Assembly (NCBI GenBank): GCA_030647775.1
Contig: JAUSJC010000010.1
Coordinates: forward strand, 72,718 to 136,717
Source: Candidatus Curtissbacteria bacterium
GTDB lineage: Bacteria; Patescibacteriota; Microgenomatia; Curtissbacterales; GWA2-41-24
Direction: 5' to 3'
Length of the DNA: 64,000 nucleotides
Positions 63,634 to 64,000 of this stretch are shown piece by piece; the first letter of the stretch is position 1; each line of letters starts with the position of its first letter. The translations under genes were made by a program, and so were the position numbers. Under the pieces are notes generated by a model. The model made no database searches. It was not told the DNA's origin and saw only the letters and a list, made by a program, of their open reading frames with translations.

Positions 63634-63716
63634 ACTGGCACTTGTGTCATCCTGAACTTGTTTCAGGATCCGTGTTGTTTCAGGATCTAGATGCCGAAAC
63701 AAGTTCGGCATGACAC
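63624..63716. repeat. Palindromic MITE-like element (near-identical to 7439-7512 and 21639-21710) plus GATGCCGAAACAAGTTCGGCATGAC hairpin
   Basis: Direct reading. Confidence 0.85.
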
Positions 63717-63722
63717 ACAGCT

Positions 63723-63929
63723 ATGATCAAAAGAATGTTAGCACCGGTTCAAGCATGGATTTTGCTTCAGGGGAAGTGCGTCGGTTGCGGCCGAACTCTT
63801 TCAAGTGGCGCGAAACTCGAAAGGGGAGACAATTCCCAACAGGTAACCTGCCAGTGCGGCCGCATTTTTATTTTTGATAAGCGCCGCGGCAAATACAGAA
63901 GGGCCCAGCGTCAGGAGATTAAAAATTGA
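63723..63929 (+). CDS. Small zinc-ribbon protein (CxxC...CxC), hypothetical
   Basis: 68 aa; CVGCGR...CQCGRIF. Confidence 0.35.
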   Translation: MIKRMLAPVQAWILLQGKCVGCGRTLSSGAKLERGDNSQQVTCQCGRIFIFDKRRGKYRRAQRQEIKN

Positions 63930-64000
63930 AAATCTCCCCCCGGGTTCTTATTTTGAGTTCTCGAAAAACAAGCTCTCTTATTGCCATAGTCGCACTTTTA

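Noticed and set aside
1-64000. CRISPR array, rRNA or tRNA genes
   Set aside because: No regularly spaced identical direct repeats with unique spacers. No tRNA-like T-arm (GGTTCGAATCC-type) or acceptor structures found in the intergenic spacers. No rRNA-like conserved stretches. The dispersed repeats are palindromic MITE-like elements, not CRISPR.
1-64000. Alternative genetic code (UGA=Gly, code 25) as in some CPR lineages
   Set aside because: Long conserved genes (dnaK, pnp, ftsK, PBP1A) are intact with standard stops, and TGA terminates several well-delimited genes. The standard code fits.

Overview
This 64 kb window reads as a small, AT-moderate bacterial genome, most likely from the Candidate Phyla Radiation (Patescibacteria/Microgenomates-like). 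That assignment is an inference from the gene content and protein style. Most of the window is housekeeping. There is a glycosylation cluster (two GT39/ArnT-like proteins, DUF2079, GT2), then tatD, metG, PBP1A, RmuC, an HAD hydrolase and a UvrD-helicase/nuclease fusion. Further on come FemAB, a second UvrD/PcrA helicase, trxA, tpiA, an LCP protein, rpsT, murJ and lepA. The second half holds hrcA-grpE-dnaK-dnaJ, nusA-infB-rpsO-pnp, a Lon AAA+ fragment, ftsK, RodZ-like, alaS, a sortase and ruvX. I found no rRNA, tRNA or CRISPR, and the standard genetic code fits.

Three things stand out.

1. Several interlocking families of short palindromic, MITE/RPE-like repeats saturate the window. They fill intergenic spacers and are also inserted in frame into conserved genes (lepA twice, pcrA, the UvrD-nuclease, alaS, lon, tatD, grpE, a methyltransferase, the nusA C-terminus). 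The proteins stay open and gain short extra peptides.

2. A roughly 4.2 kb accessory 'cassette array' (39.3-43.5 kb) carries seven copies of one conserved boundary motif, CCCAAATTCCCCGCTCGATTTTTG-N3-5-TGATATAAT. Each copy sits directly upstream of a start codon and drives leaderless accessory genes. These are an EamA transporter, a histidine phosphatase, a coupled small-protein/retropepsin-like protease pair, an alpha/beta hydrolase, an APH-like kinase and a TraB-like protein.

3. Other items worth a second look: a three-member paralogous secreted-protein family with conserved ends and a variable middle; a recurring consensus promoter module built on a CCAGTTTACTGG palindrome; a candidate ~360 nt structured ncRNA behind a perfect sigma70 promoter just upstream of a CIRCE-like hrcA promoter; and AATTCGGA direct repeats in 5'UTRs.

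For several genes the coordinates differ from the ORF track, because the predicted N-termini are read-through of repeats.
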